This document shows positions 57,436 to 64,000 of a stretch of DNA of 64,000 nucleotides, in pieces. The notes beneath the pieces are model-generated. The model saw only the letters and a list, made by a program, of their open reading frames with translations, searched no databases and was not told the DNA's origin. The translations under genes and the position numbers were made by a program. The stretch lies in assembly GCA_951406725.2 (NCBI GenBank), contig OX597825.1:17422001-17486000 (forward strand). The letters are read 5' to 3'. Positions within the stretch are counted from its first letter, which is position 1; every line of letters begins with the position of its first letter. This stretch comes from Octopus vulgaris (lineage: Eukaryota).

Positions 57436-58221
57436 ATTATATACATACATTGCCCATAAAACTTGTTGAACAAAATGACTAGACCAGCGACAAGTTCGTT
57501 TTATATTATACGCATGGACTCATTTCTGAAAAATACTGGTTTTACTTTGTAGAAATGAGCGCGTTTATTTATAAATTTAAATGTTCTCGGGGAAAGAGTT
57601 ACAGTTACACCAAAATTTTTTATTTTCTCAAACTCATAATATTTGATGATTAATGAAAATATACCTATTTTAACTTAAATTGGAGAGAAATAAGATTTAA
57701 AATTATAAAGATGACAGAAATCGATGCATTAGTTTAAATACTTACATATCAATATGCTGTAAAACCGCTTGTTCTACAGAAATTTAAGTGAGAATGTTTT
57801 ATGCTTTATACTATGTAAGTGCATATATTTATTGATGTATATATAACGAAGACCTTAGATTCTGGTGTGACACTATTTTTTTTAATATTTCCATTGCAGC
57901 GTTATGAGTAGGACTATTCAATCAGTAATATAAGGCAGATGAGAATAATTTTCATGTGACACACTAATCAACATATTTTAATTATATTAATTTCATATCG
58001 TAAATCTAATGGCATTTGAGTGATAAATATTGCGTCTTAGCAATAAACTATATATCAGCATGTCATGAACATTCGATAAGCATATAACGGATTGAATATT
58101 TTGTCCTTGCCGTTGGTCCGCGACATATTGCCACAAGACAACTCTCATTGACAGAAAAAATAAATATTTCTATATTCATAAATTTTATTTAAATATCCAG
58201 TACATTACTGACGACAATTAG

Positions 58222-58515
58222 GTACTATTTAAGAAGAGTGGTCCCGGTGCGCGCACTCGAGTACTCGCGCATCTGCGCTAGCTAGTCGTGACTAGTCGAT
58301 TCTACAACGACTACCTAGCAAAGTAAATAAAACACAAAATAGATATTCTTTTTAACCAAAGTAAATAAAACACAAAAACGCAAAGTAAATAAAATTTTAA
58401 AACAAAGTAATTAAAACTCAAAATCACAAAGTAGGGATCGACTAGATACGACTAGCTAGCGCGGATGGGTGAGTACGCGATTGCGCGCACCAGGAGAACT
58501 CTTTTTAAATAGTAC
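58222..58515. mobile_element. MITE-like element with ~85 bp TIRs and internal tandem repeats
   Basis: gtactatttaagaagag...gctagctagtcg..ctagtcgat mirrored at the right end; interior has 4-5 copies of caaagtaaataaaa. Confidence 0.8.
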
Positions 58516-58664
58516 TCGTAAATTACATGATATTAAATAAAATACGATTGTATGAGTGAGTAGGAGTGTGCGTGCTTTTATGCTTGCGCACATGTAGGTA
58601 GATATATGTTTTTCTCTTTTGGTGCGTCTATATTTACACACGGTAAGGCAGAGAGATGACAAAA

Positions 58665-58830
58665 TCGTTACCGCTCTTAGCAGAAAACGTAGCGATATTT
58701 CGTCCGTTATAAGTTCAAGTAGCCGAGTTCGTATTTGCCATTCATAATATCGGGGTCGATAAAAGAAATATCATTTGAAGACTGGGGTCTATGTAATGGA
58801 CTTAACCTTTCCCCGAAATTGTTGGCTTAA
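58665..58830 (+). mobile_element. SINE family A, diverged
   Basis: aatcgttacc...atttcgtccgt...gttcaag..gccgag...cggggtcgataaaa. Confidence 0.6.
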
Positions 58831-59875
58831 TGATTGATTTTCTAAATATTCTCTGATAGTCACGATAGCGAATTTTTTGTCACAAAATTACAATCTCGTG
58901 GAACGCTATAATAATTTGTATGTTATGGAGATATTTTGCAGTATACGAAAGGTACATGGTTAAATTAATTAATATAGAAGCAAGATATCCCGCCTAATCA
59001 GGTCATGTACTACTGTGTGCAAGTTATTGTTCACATCTGTTTCTAGTAGGGCAATGTGCTCCTGACACATTACAAGTAGTTCACTCGACGTAAGTACCAT
59101 TCATAAATACCGTATAACAATGAATAAAGTTATGGTACAGACGATAGGTTATGAAGTTCACTAAATATTCTAATGTGGCGTAAGGCAACGTAAATTGAAA
59201 TTATTCAAATGCAATCTGTCAGGTAAAATACTTTATTAAATTTTCCTGTGTCCAAATCCGTTGACTTCGATCAATTTAGTTATGTGAAGGCTTTGCTCTC
59301 AGGTTTCCAAAAACGTTTTTAAAATAATCTATGGCATAATTTATAAAACGACGACAGAATATTTCCAGTCATCGTTTCATATAAAAATGTCCACTCAGAC
59401 TAAGTTTTGACAATTTCAACCCCTAAAGACTGGTCAAGTAATTGTTCGCACATTTAGATACAAATGACTCAGTTCATTTTATTCATTTTATGCACTTAGG
59501 GAGTGTATGATATATGATAATTAAGGTTACCCTTTCAGAAATTTTATGAATCGGAGAAAAATCTTTCTTAAATAGGATATAAAGATATTTCTCTTTCACT
59601 TTCAGTCATTTACAACAAATGTCATGGGGTTATATTATGTGAATGACATAATTTGATATACGGACGCTCGTACGCAAACGCACGTACATACACAATCACA
59701 CACACACACACACACACATATGCATAAACATACATACACACACACGCATACACACACATACACACAAACACACACACAGATATATATATATATATTATAT
59801 TAAATTAGAGATAAAACCACTATTAGGCAAATCAAACAATGAAAAACTTAAGCCAATACATAAAATTAATTAATT

Positions 59876-59913
<38 letters not shown>

Positions 59914-60187
59914 TAGTGTAATGTGCGTATGTTGCCCAGAGAGAAAACGGTTAGAAATGATTTTAATTAAAGTAATTTATTTTATATGTAATGAAGAACT
60001 ATATGATTTCATATGTATATCAAAGCAATCGTACGTATAACAAAATTAGATGCAGTCTTCAACGTGTTCGAGTTGTGCATTGAACTTATTTTACTTCTTT
60101 TAATTGCGTAGACACTCTACACTATATTTATTACGTTAATTCAGGGATAATAAAGGAACGTGATGAAGTGTAACATACGTTGAAATA

Positions 60188-60566
60188 TTCTTTTCCACTC
60201 TTCGCACAGGTCCTGAATTTTTTGAGGAACGGGCCAGTCGATTAGATCGAAACCAGTACGTAGATGATACTTAATTTATCGACCTCGAAAGGATGAAAGA
60301 AAAAGGTGACCACGTAAAGGCAGACGAAATACTTATTTCTTTACTACCAACAATGGGCTAAACACAGAGAGGAAAAACAAGGACAGACAAACGAATTAAG
60401 TCGATTATATCGACCCCAGTGCGTAGCTGGTATTTATTTAATCGGCCCCGAAAGGATGAAAGGCAAAGTCGACCTCGGCGAAATTTGAACTCAGAACGTA
60501 GCAGCAGACGAAATACTGCTAAGCATTTCTCCCGGCTTGCTAACGTTTCTGCTAGCTCACCGCCTT
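60188..60566 (-). mobile_element. SINE family A, dimeric/composite form
   Basis: Two cagtcgatt...cgaaaggatgaaag units; reverse complement resembles 62757-63172. Confidence 0.85.
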
Positions 60567-61437
60567 ATATGGTATATATGTTTCTGTTTGACTGTATACA
60601 TATTCAAATAGATATAAATCGAGCGTAAGAACAAGAGACGGCAAGAGAGTTTTTTGAAATTTTGAAGTTACCTTTCCTGATAATGTTTGACTGGTCGACA
60701 GAAAGAAATGTCAGTAAACGACAAAAACTTTATGTTAATTTTAGAAGAACGTTGAAATTGAGAATTTCAATAGACATGATGCAATATAGAGTAACACTGA
60801 AAAATTGCTACCTTATTATTTTATTACTGTGGGTTGTAGTAAATCTAAAATATAGTTTGTTAATCTACTGAGTTGTATACAAATAATTTACTGGTTATTC
60901 ATCATATAATTTTATAACATCTATCATACTTCTACGTTTCTTAAACAGAAAGGCAGTAATAAATACGTGCAAGTTCAAATGAGAAATAAACCACATAACC
61001 AAATGGATATTAATTTATATGATATAATAGTTTATTTTATAATGATAATTACAATCGAATCGCTTCTTTCTTTATTTTCGAAGTTTGTTGTTCTCTTAGA
61101 ATTTACGTGGAATACACCAAATATTTCGTCAGTTTTAGAATGTTCCTCTTTATCGAAAATGGTATTTCGACGCCACAACATATCAATAGGAATAATTTTT
61201 ATCAATTTGTGCTCAATTACAGAATATAATACTACGTCGTTCTTTCTTTGTGAAATTACACTCTATGAACTAGTTTTTGATTTTGAATTCCTTACCAGAC
61301 AACCATATACACTCACGCACCCCCCACACACACTTATATATAAAGTATAATATAATATGTAGATATAGGACATATACCTTTATATAAATAAACAATATAT
61401 ATTGATTATATATATTTATAAAATTCTCTGTATATAT

Positions 61438-61478
<41 letters not shown>

Positions 61479-61495
61479 ATATATATATGTTTCTC

Positions 61496-61548
<53 letters not shown>

Positions 61549-61657
61549 ATATATATGTTTCTCTATATATATACATACATATTTATATATATATATATAT
61601 ATATATAAATATATATATATGTTTCTCTATACATTTATGTATATATATATACATACA

Positions 61658-61715
<58 letters not shown>

Positions 61716-62756
61716 GTATGTATGTATATATATATATATATATATATATACATAAATGTATAGAGAAATATATATATACATACAAACACACGCACACACA
61801 CACACACATATATTAAAGTTTTATACTTAATAATTACATTGTTTTGTTCATCTAACACCACGGCAGACGTAAGACATTGCTTTAAAATACTATTTGCTTA
61901 TTACATCAACTAGGTAGGTGTCTAACATCTGAAACTGCTTTTGTTCATACAAAGATCAATATCTTGAGAACAACACGTATAATTAAATATAATATAATTT
62001 GTTATGTACAAAGTGGAAGCCTTCAGCTAGATATTATTTTGTTTGAAATATATTTCGTATATGATTCATTCTAGCGTCTCCCTAACGCTTATACACAGAC
62101 CAAATTCATAGCAACAATATCAAAGAATATAACAAACTTATAGTGATTACCCAACTTATTTTAAAAAGGTTTGTTACTTTTTTTTAATCTTCCAAGTAAA
62201 ATCTTACACAGACTAAGCTGTACAAAAAGACAACACAATGGATGTAGTATATTTTCATAACGTTATTCTTTACAAACACCTGTAAGTATAAAATATTACC
62301 TATCATAATAATAATGAGAATACGTTATAAATATACATATAGAAACACATTCATATTATGCAGCCAATCAAATTACGTCAAAGCTTGTAAAATAATCCAG
62401 TTAGACAAGTAGTAGTTATGTATTAAAGAAATATTGATTTTCAAAAATTACTTTAAACTAATTATGCAGGTTATTATTTACTGTTTAACAGGGAGAAGCG
62501 TCTAAAATATTCCCCTGTTTAAAGACAAATTATTTCTATTCACTCTTTCACTTATCTACTCACCGCTTAGTGAATTGGTGAAACTTCCTTTCAGAATATT
62601 CCAATGCTCGTTGTCGACATATTTACGTACTGAAGAAGATGTCCCAAAGAATTTCTGTGCCTGCTTCTGAACACTAATCGATGATATGCTCATTGACAAC
62701 TAAGACAGTTGCATCAAGGTTAGAATGACAGCTTTGGAAAGAAGAATAAAAAACAA

Positions 62757-63172
62757 GGCGTCGAGCTGGTAGAAACGTTAGCACGCCGGGCAAAATGCTT
62801 AGTGGTAATTCATCGGCCGTTACGTTTTGAGTTCAAATTCCGCCGAGGTCGACTTTACCTTTCATTCTTTCGGGGTCGATTAAATAAATACCAGTTGCGC
62901 ACTGGAATCGATATAATCGACTTAATCCGTTTGTCTGTCTTTGTTTTCCTCTCTTTGTTTAGCCCCTTGTGGGTAGTAAAAAAATAGGTATTTCGTCTGC
63001 TGTTACGTTCTGGGTTCAAATTCCGCCGAGGTCGAATTTGCCTTTACTCATTTCAGGGTCGATTAAATAAGTACCAGTTGCGCACTGGAATCGATATAAT
63101 CGACTTAATCCGTTTGTCTGTCCTTGTTTTCCCCCTCTGTTTTTAACTCCTTGTGGGCAATAAAGAAATAAG
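62757..63172 (+). mobile_element. SINE family A, dimeric/composite form
   Basis: Head ggcgtcgagctggtagaaacgttagcacgccgggc followed by two tandem gttcaaattccgccgaggtcga...ccgtttgtctgtc bodies. Confidence 0.9.
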
Positions 63173-64000
63173 AAGAATAAAAAAACAATTGCGTCCCTAT
63201 AAGTGCGGTTTAGAGGTATTTTATTTTGTGGAGATATTTCTTTAAGAATTACATAAAAATAAATTGGACACAGTTGTACTATTATTATTACCTAAAAGAA
63301 TACGCTACATTTTAAAATGTGACATCCTCTTCACATCTCCATGGAAATTAGTAACTAAGTATATTTGATAAGAAAGTACTTATTGTACTGTACATGTAAT
63401 ATTTTTTGATTACATACATACATACAAACAGACACAACGCTTTACACTATACATTTTCGAAATTATATGTGAAACCGGTCAAGTGAATTCATATATTTTA
63501 AAATATAATCCAATTCTATTTACTTCTAATCTACTCTGTGTTCATTTTTATTTAGATTAATAACAATATTCATTCAATAAGATGTCCCTAAGAATTTCTG
63601 TGCCTGCTGAAGAACACTGATCGAAGATATGTTCATTGATAAACTAAGACAGTAGGCTCAAGAAAAAGTAGGGGAAAAATCTTACAGTCGTCGAGGACAA
63701 TATTGAAGTGGAACCACGAGTTCACGTCTTAATAATACAAGAGAAACTAAAACATAAGTGTTTCGTGAAAGCTACTGAATTATTAATCCCGCATTCGATT
63801 ATTAGTCCTGCACTCGAGGCATCAGTAGTTCGCAATAAAAATTAACATGATCAACCTTGTACTAGGAATACTGTGGAACATATTAAGGTAATTTATTTCT
63901 AAGCATTATTAAGTTTGTGTATTTCTTTTTCAAGATTCCTGACGGGAGACCGTGTGTTGAAACAAATAATTTTATATTTCGGTATGGTCCTTATTTTTGC

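Noticed and set aside
58318-58432. CRISPR-like repeat-spacer array
   Set aside because: Short degenerate AT-rich tandem units inside a MITE in eukaryotic DNA; no unique spacers or cas genes

Overview
Eukaryotic, AT-rich and essentially non-coding DNA. The dense (TA)n/(CA)n/(TATC)n/(TAA)n microsatellites and the three tRNA-like SINE families match what I recall of octopus genomes (inference, not a search result). No intact protein-coding gene is visible; nearly all ORFs in the track are microsatellite translations. The window is a graveyard of transposable elements. It holds SINEs and fragments of a Penelope-like GIY-YIG domain, Tx1/L1, R4/Dong, HERO-like and RTE LINEs, mariner, maT/DD37D, pogo/Tigger and Chapaev3. 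Notable structures: (1) a family of palindromic elements inserted in (TA)n, one of which (38582-38712) carries two back-to-back type I hammerhead ribozymes, with a complete fold on the minus strand; (2) collapsed palindromes and scattered decayed hammerhead motifs; (3) a ~500 bp diverged foldback at 43113-43612; (4) a probable decayed intronless Cys-loop (nAChR-like or chemotactile-receptor-like) pseudogene at ~53900-55020; (5) a patchwork of exact local duplications at 33.9-36.4 kb. All calls were made by eye and boundaries are approximate.
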